From: Bispira polyomma
Taxonomy: Eukaryota
Direction of reading: 5' to 3'
NCBI GenBank assembly: GCA_965649765.1
Contig: OZ287754.1
Location: forward strand, 37,386,001-37,450,000
DNA: 64,000 nt
Program-made: the position numbers and the translations under genes
The notes under the pieces: generated by a model
What the model was told of the DNA's origin: nothing
Database searches by the model: none
What the model saw: the letters and a program-made list of their open reading frames with translations, nothing else
Shown: one piece after another, positions 11,454-23,750 of the stretch
How positions within the stretch are numbered: the first letter of the stretch is position 1
How the letters are laid out: each line of letters begins with the position of its first letter

Positions 11454-12191
11454 CAGTTCCTCAGTGTCCAGAACTTAGTATACTTGTGATATTTATTTAC
11501 ATTCAACACAGTAAAAGATTGCGGTATAATATTTTATTAGTGACTTTGTTAAAAGCTCTACCAATTCTATGTACAGTTTAAGTTGAGAGTGAGGGCATAA
11601 GGTCACCCTAAAATAAGATTGAATTCAAGTTTAAGGTTAACTTAAATGCAGAATTGAATTCATTAATTTAAGAAGGACTTAAAGTTGTATTTAAGTTTAA
11701 TAATTTAAGGTTAACTTAATTGAAGTTAAGTCTGAAGTTATCTGAATTTGAATTTGAATTTGGATATTTAACGTCCACTCTAGTACCTTTTAGTAGGTTA
11801 TATTGGGACGGGTAGTTAGAAACGCTGGAGGAAACACTGCATACAGTCGGTCAAGGTTCTGCAGAGAAACCAGCGGCCCACAGTAAGGAACTACCACCTT
11901 TCCCACATAGGCATCGACGGGATTCGAACTCACACCGCCCAGAGGTGAGAGACCAGTGATTGTAAAGCGCAATGCTTGCTAACTACTAGGCCACCGCGGC
12001 CCCTGAAGTTATCTAAAGGAGTACATAATGTATTTGTGAAAAAGGGGGACCTTATGCCCAGACAGTAATACTTGTTTTACTGTCAATTGAGAGTTATATG
12101 GTAACATTAATTTTTTATAATCTTTAGACTTTAGAATTAATTTTTTATAATCTTTACACTTTAGAATGTGCCAGACCGCCAAACACCAGAC
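11454..12191 (-). mobile_element. Isolated B-type 3' segment of a related YR retrotransposon
   Basis: Starts cagttcctcag like B; shares aaaagattgcggt and gggcataaggtc/gaccttatgccc; ends in ccaaacacca like the post-YR sequence at 31880; flanked by a 40-bp duplication. Confidence 0.7.
11744..12003 (-). mobile_element. tRNA-derived SINE (body resembles Meta/MESC-type SINEs)
   Basis: Minus strand: GGGGCCGCGG, A box TGGCCTAGTAG, B box GAGTTCGAATCC, (AAATTC)n tail; 11-bp TSD TGAAGTTATCT at 11733-11743 and 12004-12014. Confidence 0.9.
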
Positions 12192-12755
12192 AAAATATGG
12201 TGAACTGGTGCCTCTGAGGCAATATTTACACATGTGCGTAAAATTGAAGTTTGGTCAGCATTAGTCTATTTAACCACGCAGGTGGCTTTAAATGTTACAA
12301 TTTTGAATGGTGTAACCATTTTTATTTGCATACACAATTTATAACTGTATTACATTGCTATAAAACGGCCAAAATACCCATATTCTTGTATTGAGATGTC
12401 ATACAATGTAAAACGATGGTGGAACATCATGTTTATATACACAGAGTAGGCCTTTGGTTTTCACAAAATATGGGTATTGATTCATCAAAAATACAGAAAT
12501 TATACCTAACTCTAGAAAACATTTTTTTTAATGTTTGATAATATATATTTGCTACATCCTCCCTTATATGATTCTACATATTAATACAAATAAATATTTT
12601 ACTTCAGAGATATTCACTATTTTCACAGTTTTGCACTATGGTACCGGTATGTGTTCTACCAAGTGCCACTCTGGTAACAATTGTGTAATTTATTGTAATA
12701 TAATGTGCCTGAAAAATAAAAAGTTGGCCTTTTTACTCTTCCATATCTTTGACAG

Positions 12756-12853
12756 AGTTATGTAGAAAATGTATTGGGTGGGGAATTCAGTGCAGAGGAC
12801 ATACAAATGAGTGCAGAAATGATGACTTACTTCACTAATTGTGCCAAAACTGG
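12756..12853 (+). pseudogene. Carboxylesterase exon
   Basis: ttgacag|SYVENVLGGEFSAEDIQMSAEMMTYFTNCAKTG|gtaaaa; matches the MMxYWxNFAKTG motif; phase 0 in, phase 2 out. Confidence 0.85.
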
Positions 12854-13523
12854 GTAAAAAATCTGCTTCCGGGAATATACATATATTTAAATTAAAGAAA
12901 ACCCTAAACACAAGCTTTCTTGGTCTTTGAGTTGGGACCTCAAAATTGGTACTCAGCAAGTGTCGTCGTAGGAATTCCCTATAATTTTATATATAATGCA
13001 AATAAACATGTTGGTATGGTAGTAGCTAAATATAAATACTTATAGGTCATTGATCTTAAACTTTGAAATGTAACCATATATAATGTGCAAAAAAATATAA
13101 ATAAAAAATGTATTTGGTATAGTGATTCACAAGGATTACAAGTTCAGTAAAACAGTGTGAAATATAATGCAAAAATGAAGTTTAGCTGGTTTTAAGACGA
13201 ATGCATAAAATCTCTGTCTGTAAGCGGCATTTCACAAACACTAGTAATACTATTATTGTGTAGCTAATGTTGCTCTTATAAATAAACCCTATATCTAAGT
13301 ATTGTTATTCCCGGCTAAATAATGTAAACAATATGGCTGTTTCATAATGATGTTTTTGTTTCAAGGAATTTGATTTTCTGAGACTATGTGTATAGTAACA
13401 TTTCCCTTACAATGACCCTGTTTGCAAATTAAACTGGCCTATAATATAATGAATTTAATGAATCTGATTGCCGGAGACATGGTAGCATCCTTAATATGTG
13501 TATGATTACCTTTGCCCCTACAG

Positions 13524-13716
13524 GAATTCTAACGAGGGCAGGAGGTGCCTGTGATGTGGCCCGAGTACACCTGGGAATCCAGAGAGTATCTCCAGTTCTC
13601 TGGAGACACCACAGTCCTGACAGAGACTCCAGAACAACTGGACAACTACCAGTTCTGAATGGAGGATTTTGTAGATGTAGCCATCAAAGTGGATCCAGAG
13701 AAGGCGGTGAAAGGAG
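13524..13716 (+). pseudogene. Carboxylesterase C-terminal exon (frameshifted, premature stop)
   Basis: cccctacag|G-NSNEG then frameshift to QEVPVMWPEYTWESREYLQF...YQF*. The 3' boundary is uncertain (possible GC donor gcgagt). Confidence 0.75.
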
Positions 13717-14478
13717 GCGAGTGACCATGCTTTAATATCTAAACAGCATTAATGGCAACACAGTCACATCTCGGCTCGGCCATGTCTGTGTAAAAGTTGA
13801 TAGAAGACTTACTGAGTGCCAGCAAACCTCTTTTGATTTTAATCCACCAGTGAACCACTCGTCATCATATGACATGAGTTGTGTTAAAAGTTAAAAAAAC
13901 TTGTCAGTAATAATTGTCTACGGTAGAGTATGTAAATGTGGCCACGTATCTAAGGAGGATCACCTGGGAACACACAATTTATCTCTCAATTCTTAGTGTT
14001 ATGCTCAACATTTATGTCTAGACTACCTACTATTACGCTTAGTGTAAAAAACAAAGTCAACACTAATTCAAAATGAAAGACCAATATCTTAAGTTTAAGT
14101 CTAAGTGAATACAGCCTCAGAATATTGCAAATTTTACAGAAATAAAAATGTTTTTTATTTAAAAATATAACCAAGTGGAGAACAAAACAGCTGTTTGCTG
14201 GTCTAAAAATAGAAAATTGGCAAATTTCAACGAAGTATTATATTTGTATTTTTAGAACTTAAAGTAAAACCTTCTCAGGCAGATAAAGAAGAACGGAAAA
14301 TGCTAGGAAAAGCATTTCAACAAGGTAGATTCTGACAATTACTGCAAGACATGTGTTTATCTGTTGTTGAGTGTATCTGTTGTTGCAGACAAAATTAGAT
14401 GGATTTTTACAGTTTTAAATCAATTATGATATTGGGAGGTCCATACTATCTCCATATATAATAACTAACAGGTAGTCA

Positions 14479-14890
14479 GATCATAGGGTAAAGTATTAAT
14501 TGTGAAAGATATGTCAAATGTCATGTCCGTGTTCTTGCTTTTTTATTGTAGCACAAAGAATGCCAAGAAACGGGAGAAAATAAGATGTAATGAATGTGAT
14601 TGTCATCACTAACAATAGAGAAATATTCTAATAAAATAAATACGAAATAAAATGTGCTCATAAAAATATGTGTTCCTTGAAAGGATCATAGGGTAAAGTA
14701 TTAATTGTGAAAGATATGTCAAATGTCATGTCCGTGTTCTTACTTTTTTATTGTAGCACAAAGAATGCCAAGAAACGGGAGAAAATAAGATGTAATGAAT
14801 GTGATTGTCATCACTAACAATAGAGAAATATTCTAATAAAATAAATACGAAATAAAATGTGCTCATAAAAATATGTGTTCCTTGAAAGGA
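14479..14890. repeat. Recent tandem duplication, 2 x 205 bp
   Basis: gatcatagggtaaag...gttccttgaaag repeated almost exactly. Confidence 0.95.
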
Positions 14891-15060
14891 AAGTAAAAAA
14901 GGTCAACACCAATTTCATATCAAATCTTCATCGGTAACATCTAAAATCTGGGTGCTGCTGGTCATCTAATCACACTTGCTTTATATAGAGTGGAAATGGG
15001 TCAAAGGTTGTAATATTTGTTTTTCAGTTAGCATACGCTTCCTTTCAGCATGTTTTTCCC

Positions 15061-15715
15061 TGCCGACGTCAGCCATTTTTTTGCTCTTTACACAATACTA
15101 CCAAGTGCTTCCTTTCGTCATATTTGCAACAGATCAGATCAGACGTTGGCCAACGTCTGTTGGGCTTACGTATTCTATTTGTCAGGGAGAGGAAAAATCA
15201 GGAGGACTGTCGCATTTTTTTTTAATAAATATTGAGAAATACACTATCATAGGTATAGGTTTTATCTGTTATATACTTGATATTTATTGGACGTTGACGT
15301 TGAAAATGGCATGAGAAAGCTTATATTATTGTGATAACTGTGGTGTTTTCATCATCAAAATACGTTGAAAAACGGCTCAGATATTTAAGTTCATAGACGG
15401 GTACCCCACTTAACTTCCCTCTTACTTTGAATGGTACGTCACAGCAACGTCATAATGATGTCAGTTTTGCAGTTATGTCACAGCTTACAAATCAATAAGT
15501 CAATATGGATACCCTTATTTAATAATAAATATCTCAGCCATTTCTCAACGGATTTTTATGGAAAAATCCCACAGTAATTACAATAAAGTCAGCTTTTTCC
15601 TGCCATTTTTAAAGTCAACATCCGACGAATTTTGAGTATATATCCGATAAAAGGAAGCACAGCATCGGCCGACATTGGATGGGATCAGACACATTCAAAT
15701 CGGCCGACGTCGGAA
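15061..15715. mobile_element. Degenerate foldback/MITE-like long inverted repeat
   Basis: About 15290-15407 is an imperfect reverse complement of about 15506-15625; outer ccgacgtc.gcc motifs mirror each other at 15063 and 15702-15713. Confidence 0.6.
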
Positions 15716-18233
15716 TTATTATTATGAATTTTTAACTCGCTTTATTGATGCTAGGCATGTTCTAAAGTGCAACAGCAGAATCATTGATCCAATCATAAGT
15801 CCATGGACATAGCAAAGTTGTAATAAAGGAAGTAGGCGTGTGCACGATGGCAGTTAGGTGGGTAGGCAAGATAAAAATGATAGATTTTAAGCTTTTTCCT
15901 AAAACCAATTAGTGTGCAGTGGAGAACGCTCTGAATCCTGCCTTCCTGATGGGTCTGACCGAAGAGACGGAGAGTCTGTTGCCTCTCTTGCAGATACTGA
16001 AGGAGAGAAGGGAAGCAAGGTAGGGGGGCTGTTGAGTGACTACATCCTTAAAAGTGGTAACGTGAATGTGCTGAAAGGAAGCATAGACTTACAGATAGTT
16101 GTCAACCCTCTATGACTTACTTGTCTAAAGGAAATAAAAGCTTGTTTATGGAATTACTCAGGGGAAACACAACTATAAGGCCACCGGTCTACCTTGTAAG
16201 TTACAGCATATGAACAAATGGTCGAATCAACCTTTAGCTGAATACGTCATACCACTATCCTTTAGTGTATGATGAATGATGTGTAGTCTAATAGAGGGTG
16301 GATAAAGGCCTTGTTCTGACCTAGTTTAACCCCAGCAATTAATGGTTAATGGGATATTATTAGTCCCCACTCTATTATTAGGCCTTGTTTTGATGTCAGT
16401 GTAATGTTTGTGACATTGAATTCTGGGCTCTACCTTCGTACGAACAAATCATAGGATGTTCATATTGGTAAAATGTGTGCAGATGTAGAACATTGACCTT
16501 TGACTGTGATGCAATGACCTTTACTTGAAAATCTCTTCTGCACAATATACCATTTAATGAATGTCAAAAGAAGTATTTCCTAGCACCTGGGTTCAGTGGT
16601 AAAATATGACAGGTGGGTATTAAAACACTGCAAAACAAGACACTGTGTTGTACTAGTTCTGACTAGGGTTGGTTGTCCCTCTCTCTACATTGTTTATATT
16701 TCCATTATAAATGAAAAATGTAAACTGTCATCTGACAATCTAATGAAATATCAAATACTAATAATTAACAAGGGGTTTAACGAATGTTCATAACTAATAA
16801 AAAAAGCTATATATTTTGTCATTACTCATTATGCAATTTCCAATGGCAAGCCATTATTAAGGGTTCTGTTTCTAGAATCCCAAGTAGATCTGTACCTTTG
16901 GGGCAGTCTACTGGAAACATTAACTCAAACTTAAATCTGTGGTAAACCTAACAAGGACCGCTATCCAGAAGGGCTTGTGTGTAGAAGTAGCCATTACATC
17001 TGAACATTTAATTGGGTACAGGTTCCAGTGTTGAATGTGTATACAGGTTCAGTGTTTACATATATTTGCTGTCCCTAACAGGAAACATGCAGACCCAGAT
17101 TCTAGAAATAGGACATTTTAGAAGTAATCACATGAAAAGTTCACTCTAAAAAGCTTCCAGTTTACTGAAAAAGGCTTGTAGTTGCTGCACCATTACAAAT
17201 TTACATTGAAAGCCAGTTGCCATGACTCACCAGAAGCCACTTGTGAATAACTATTTACATAGACGTAGTTAACCCAATGTTACTTAACAATGTACTTAAA
17301 TAAGTGGAATCACAGTAACAATACATGGTAATGGCTTGTGTTGATACATGGCATCAATGGTCAAGGACGTGGTTTACAGAAATGGGTCAAGAGGAGATTA
17401 ATAGTAAGCTCTGACTGCTAGATCAACACTATCATTTGGTTTGTTTGTTTATCACCAGGATGGCACAGACTAAAACACATTTACTTAAAATTTGGTAGAG
17501 AAGGGGGCTTGGCTCTTGACATAATTCATAAATTTTGGATCCACAATTATTGTTACTTTTTGGTGCTGTGACCTTCTTGTTATAAATATTAATTTGTTTT
17601 TGGGTTTTGTTTCTGCATCTATATTACTTCAAAGAGCACTTTTTATATGTTTTACTGATTTTACTGTTTCATGTTGCAGTGTTATTTATCATTTAGGTAC
17701 TTCAGTGTCATCATACCTACAATGTATGGTTTGCATTACATGTGAGTTAATCTGGGCAGATGGGTATGCACTCAGATTTATATCAGCATTAAAATATATA
17801 TGCAGCAAAATGTCACTGTCCTCTGAATAATTTTTGTTCTTACTTTTCTTCTTATTCTGTCAAAATTGAGCCTTCATTTCTGTCATGTTTTTACAGATAA
17901 ATGACTAATGTATCATTTTGTAACATTTACATCTTTTCTGTTTTATATAGTAAAACAACTTCGTATTAGTCAAAATTTATAGCATATAGGTAGATTCATG
18001 AATTTTCTTTCACAGTTTGACATTTTGTTTTCTGTTGCAACCAGTGGGCGTACTTTGAAAATAATGTTGTAATTTTAACATACTTCTTGGGAACATATCA
18101 TGCTAGACATGTTAAATATGCTGAGATGCATAGGCTGTATATTTTACTTGATCTACACACACTATGCTCCTCTCTTCAGTGTCATTGTTTTTTCTTTTGC
18201 AAGTACAGAAACTTCTGCATTGTTCTTTGGCAA

Positions 18234-19227
18234 TGGCCTAGTCACACCTACACGTGCTGACGTTCGCCAACGTAGAAAAGCCACATAAACTGAAAATGTG
18301 GTAGTTTTGTGTCAAAGTTACGTCATTTTCATAGAGGGGAGTCGATTGTGACGCTTTGTGGCAATGTTTGTACTTATACACACAAAGCGAGGCAAAAATG
18401 GAACACGTTACTGGTAGAATATCACTACCTACTACTATGTAGAGCTAATGTACTCCTACTTACTGGTGCGCTCTGCGCAATGGCGTAGTCGGACCTACAC
18501 ATGCTAACGATCGCCAACATAGAAAAGCCACATAAACTGAAAACGTAGTAGTTTCGTGTCAAAGTTAGGTCATTTTCATAGAGGGGAGTCGATTGTGACG
18601 TTTTGTGGCAATGTTTGTACTTATACACACAAAGCGAGGCAAAAATGGAACACTTTACTGGTAGAATATCACTACCTACTACTATGTAGAGCTAATGTAC
18701 TCCTACTTACTGGTGCGCTCTGCGCAATGGCCTAGTCGGACCTACACATGCTAACATTCGCCAACATAAAAAAGCCACATAAACTGAAAACGTAGTAGTT
18801 TTGTGTCAAAGTGATGTCATTTTTATAGAGGGGAGTCGATTGTGACGTTTTGTGACGATGTTGGTACTAATATACACAAAGCGAAGCCAAAATGGAACAC
18901 TTTACTGGTAGAATATCACTACCTACTACTATGTAGAGCTAATGTACTCCTACTTACTGCTTCTTACTACTACAGTATGCTACTTATACAAACGAGTGGA
19001 GGCGTCCTTGAGAAACAGAGAGCTCTGTTACGTTTGTTTCAAACATTTTGAAACAATCGTCACAGGGGACCAAATGGAGACGTTTCTGAAACGATATAAT
19101 CCGTTAAGTAACGTCACAGAACGAACTAACCAGGGATCCTCACTTTAGCGTTACCTTCTACTATGTTTTAAAACTGTTAAAAACGTCACACACACGTAGC
19201 TCCAGCACGTGTAGGTATGACATGGCG
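18234..19227. mobile_element. Harbinger-type MITE with triplicated 247-bp left end
   Basis: TIR tggcctagtcacacctacacgtg ... cacgtgtaggtatgacatggcg; units start at 18234, 18481, 18728; homologous (inverted) to 38037-39737 and 52171-52500. Confidence 0.8.
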
Positions 19228-19566
19228 TAAAGCACTGGCTTCATTTCATACAATAAAATAGCTTCCAATCACCGATGACTTTGCAAGGGGTAAGCTACAT
19301 CAACATTCCCCTATACCATTCGGCACAGTCATTGTAAATAATTAGTTTAAGGTATTGACAAAATTTGATTCTCATTAAGTTAGAAGTGCCACAATGATAT
19401 TGCTATGATACTATAACTCAGAGCATCGAAATGAAGACTGCTGGTAAAAGGTTAAGAGGTGGTTTTGGCATGTCTGTCCCCCATTATGACGCAAACAGTT
19501 CCCTCACAATGTCTATATTTATAAGCTTAATTCAGGCATAGTTCAGGTGATTTGTAGCTTGTGGTA

Positions 19567-19835
19567 AATAATAATAATAATAATATATCAGACTTCTTTT
19601 AGCGCTTTGTTGTAACAAATTCTAAGGCGCATAAAACCACAGCCAGAGCCAAAAATCATTGGTGATAGACAGAACGAAATCATCATCAATGCGTCCACTG
19701 AGAACAGGAAAGAGACTATCGAGGGAATGCATCATTGAACAGATTGGTCTTTAAACTGCGCCGAAGGAATACAGGGAGGGAGCTGTCCTAATGTGTTGAG
19801 GTAACTATTCCATAGGGTAGGAGCATCAGCATATT
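19567..19835 (-). mobile_element. 3' end fragment of a CR1/L2-group LINE
   Basis: Minus strand gives decayed APTLWNS.PQHIRTAPSLYSF..SLKTNLF followed by an (ATT)n tail. Confidence 0.7.
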
Positions 19836-20054
19836 TTGGGGAGCAGCTCGCCTGCTATTAACATTACACTTGTAGTAACACAAGTGTGGAAAAATGACAA
19901 TAATCCTCATTGTGATAAATAATAGGGAATCTTGTAATCTACTGCATTTTCAAGATAATATTTGAACATTATTCGAAAACGTCCAGCAAGTAGCAGTGCC
20001 TAGTAACAATAATTGTAGCATGAGACACTGATTCTAATACACAGATATCACAGA

Positions 20055-20380
20055 TTATACATTAATATTGTTTCTCAAACAGGAATTTTCAAGCTTCAGT
20101 TGGTACTAACCATTCAACGTTTTCCGATTGTAATATTGTCTTCGTTTTTGTAATAATAATTGATTAAAGTTTAAAAAACCTCTCCCCTCCCCCCCAAAAA
20201 AAGGTATTGTTTTCCTAATTATTTTGTATTGATTAATATCATATGTCAAGGTGTCTATAATTTTTTTTTTATTGTTAAATATTTTTATTGTGTATTTGTC
20301 AGATGTATAATATTATTGTATACATAGATCTTTAATGTAAACTTTTTATTGGGAAAATAAACCATAAAAAAAAAAAAAAA
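20055..20380 (+). mobile_element. 5'-truncated poly(A) retroposed insertion
   Basis: AATAAA plus A-tail at 20366-20380; 12-bp TSD AGATATCACAGA at 20043-20054 and 20381-20392. Confidence 0.8.
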
Positions 20381-22259
20381 AGATATCACAGACGGATATA
20401 TAGCTTTTCTGATGTTCTTCTTTTATCAAAATGAGGATTATTGTCATTTTCCCATTTTTATTGAGACCTCCAAGACATATATTGTATAGGCCTTATGAAA
20501 CCCAACAAAATAAATATAAAAGCAGATTCGTAATAATCTTTAGCCTTTTAATCTGTAACATTATCAGTAAAGCATACATTTTTGTCACCTTGGGAAATAA
20601 CACGTCTCAGTTCTGTATCTTGACAAATTAGCAGTTACATAACTCCATATTGCCTTAATAGGGGAGGTAAACTATCTCAGGTTCGTGCTACATGTTCTGA
20701 GAGTCAGATAATTCTATACTTTTGGCATTATCTCTCCGACGTGCCTTTTTAAAGGCTATTCTTGTGTACCTGTATCTCGATTACTGTAAAATACACATTT
20801 GCTTAGGTTTTCTATGTTGTACAATCTGGCAGTGTTATTTATCATTTCAGTAGTCCAGTCTCATTATTCCTACAATGTATGGTTTGTGTTACATGTGAGT
20901 TAATCAAGGTAAGGGGTTATGCAATCAGATTTTACAGGCAATAGGATGAAATATGTCTTTTGAATATTTTTTTTTCTGTATTTTTTTTGAGAAAACTGAG
21001 CATTGAATTGGAGATAAGCAGTGATTTAAGTCACAAAAAATATAATTACATATATTTTAATAATGAAAGGTGCTGTAGTTATAACTTATAAGTTGAAGTG
21101 GATTAACATGTCACCTTGTACATTTCGCAATTGTACAAGACAAGAAGACTTTGAGACGCATTGGCTGTTTTTTATTTGACGTACCCAAGCAATGATTCCG
21201 CACTCGTTCCTGCAGTGTCATTTTGAATTTCGTAAGTGTGCCATGGTCAGCAATAACTTTAATTTCAGATAATTATTATGTTGCAGCCACCCATGACTTT
21301 GCAAGGGCTAAGCTAAATTTGCAGTTCTTGGGGTAAGCCAGAACACAACAGCATAATCCTCATTGTCACAAGGGGTTTTACTATTTAGCATAAATAGGGC
21401 ATATGTTTCTGTTATCATTTTACTCGCTGAGTGCTTGGTAAGTTGTGCTATGTGACTTGATGAACTTGTGACATTTAAAGAGAGGTATTGCATAAGCATT
21501 ATTAAACCCATCATAAAAGATAATGGCAGATTCATACCAATGTTCAGCCTTTTAATCTGTAGCATTATTAGTAAAGCAAAAATGTACAATTTGTTGTCTG
21601 GAGAAGTAATAATGCTCATCTTAGTAGCTTTAAAAATGCTTAGCTGGACATTTAGAACTCCTGTAAAGCACATTTATATTATGTAGCTTTAATATGAGCT
21701 TCTATAACTCTGTTGTAAAGCCACCGCGACACTATCAACTATAATCGTAATGGTTCACGAGTGGTGCAATAGGTTGGGAGCAAGGCCCGATAGATTGGGA
21801 CAGATTGGGAATTTTGCTCTTATGAACCCAAAAAATCCTATCGATTGACCAAGACAAGTCAGGATAAAATGATCATAAAGATAGGTCGCTGTCATCTTTG
21901 ATAGGTCAGTACCATGCTTCCGATAGGTTGGTACCTCGATCCCGATTAGTCACTACCTCAAAGACATAGATCTTGCAATTTTGCAATTCGGAGACATACG
22001 AAACCTCGTGATTCACCTCAAAACCATATACAAAGGGGCAGAGCACACAAAATCCAGACAGTTTTTATTGAGAAGTCAACTGAGCAACATGATACTCCAA
22101 AGGATTATAGATATTGGCCAAATTCTCTAAGCTTGGTTTGCATTTATGCGGATACAACAACTTACACTTAGACATTTTCAAGGTCAAAGAAGAAGACAAA
22201 ATCTCATACCGTCGCAGAATTAGAATCAGGATAATAATATCGGGATCAGGAGAGTCAGA

Positions 22260-23135
22260 CCACCAAGGAGGTTCTGGGTGAACCCATTACTCCGCTATAG
22301 GGAGGAGCACGGTCACTACTCGGCACTTCTACCACTGATGGAGGCACAAGATTCACAGTCGTTTAGGAACTTTTTAAGGATGACCCCGGAATTTTTCCAA
22401 GAAGTGGAGAGGAGGTTGGCCCCCAGGATTGCACGAAACACGACCTGGTACCGTAAGGCACTGTCAGCTGACTTTGGCGACTGGAGAGTCGTACACCACA
22501 CTTCAGTATGCACTCCAGGTGGGGAGGTCAACCATCACTACGTTTGTTCCCAAGGTTTGCCAGGCAATCATCAACAAATTCCAGGAGCCCCACCACCCAG
22601 AGAATTGGAAGAAGGTTGCAGCCGTTTACAGAGAAAACTGGAATGTCTCCAATGCCCTGGGGGCTATAGATGGCAAACACATAGCAATGAAATCTCCAAG
22701 AAAGGGGGGAGTGAGTTCTACAACTAAAAGGGATTCCACTTCATCGTTATGCTAGCCCTGGGGATGCTGAGTACCAGTACCAGAATTTCTACTTATCTGA
22801 ATTGAAGGAAAAGATTGAGGATCAGTCTATCAACTTTGCCCCACCTGAACCCACAAGCCCTGGTAGGCCCTCCACCCCCTACTTCATCATAGAAGATGGC
22901 GCATTTGCCTTAAAGACTTGTATTATGAAGCCCTTCTCCAGCAGAGGCCTGGACCCCAATGAACGGATGTTTAACTACAGGATATCCCAGGGCAGAAGGG
23001 TGGTGCAGAATGCCTTTGGTATATTAGTGGCCAGGTTTAAACTTTTACTCTGGACGATGCAGGAGGAACCATCTGTGGTAGCGACCTTAACCTTGGCCTG
23101 TGTAGTCGTTCACAACATGCTCAGAAGTGATATTA
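22260..23135 (+). pseudogene. Harbinger (HARBI1-like) DDE transposase, frameshifted
   Basis: FRNFLRMTPEFF, LATGESY, GAIDGKHI, IIEDGAFAL, FNYRISQGRRVVQNAFGILVARF, HNML. Confidence 0.9.
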
Positions 23136-23223
23136 TTAACCAGGGAGGAGACCAAATGAGGAAGCTGCCGAGGTATTCAGTATGTCACTGTTGTCCATTG
23201 ACATTGGGTTTTAGTAGGCTCCA

Positions 23224-23750
23224 CTAGTCGAGCTGCCTCCAGATATCACTTGGTGGCCCTGCTGAATACCACTCGTGCTGGCCAAGAATGGTAATGCTTG
23301 TGTTGTTTGTGTTGTAATCACATGTGGGCCGGGTTGTGGCTGTTGCTGCTGCTGTGGAGGAGGCTGTTGTCTTGGTGGTTGTTGATATAGTCTCTTGCAT
23401 CTTCCGAATGGAATCTGCTAAGTCAATGCACAAATGCTTATCCTGTCTCTCCTGGATAAGGGTAGAGGATCCAAAGGCTGAGGACTTTGGTGAGGCCAAG
23501 TTGGATGACTCCATCTTGCCCTGGTCTGTGGCGGAGTAGGATAACGTAGCCGGAGAATCTGGAGTAATTCTGGGCTAGCTTGCCCAGACTTGGACACATT
23601 CAACTTGCCAAAGATAGTCCTCTGGGATGTGAACCACTTCATGACTTCTACGTAGTCCAATCCCTTGGTTAAGCAGTACAACTCCCACAACATGTTCTTC
23701 CTCTGAGTGTCTTTATACAGTGGATCGCGCTTATTATAGAGCCACTCATG
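23224..23750 (-). pseudogene. Myb/SANT(MADF)-like DNA-binding ORF of the Harbinger element
   Basis: LWELYC...KWFTSQRTIFGKLNVSKSGQA; convergent with the transposase, as is typical for Harbinger. Confidence 0.65.

Larger units (their letters stand above)
1..13716 (+). pseudogene. Carboxylesterase type-B (cholinesterase/carboxyl ester lipase-like) gene, 3' half, disrupted; starts upstream of the window
   Basis: Five phase-compatible exons (1-280, 1054-1159, 1395-1533, 12756-12853, 13524-~13716) splice into family motifs GPVVDGEFVPQHP, DFMTGTPIHDG, TYLYEY, ADHSNDLWSIF, MMTYFTNCAKTG-NSN and VPVMWPEY. Lesions: TAG at 55-57, 1-nt frameshift near 13538, TGA at 13656-13658 replacing a conserved Trp. 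Confidence 0.85.

Noticed and set aside
11915-12003. tRNA gene
   Set aside because: The A/B boxes belong to a SINE head with body, tail and TSD; no full cloverleaf.
14278-16019. Possible extra exons (about 14278-14323 and 15913-16019)
   Set aside because: Plausible splice sites but no recognisable protein similarity or secure phase link.
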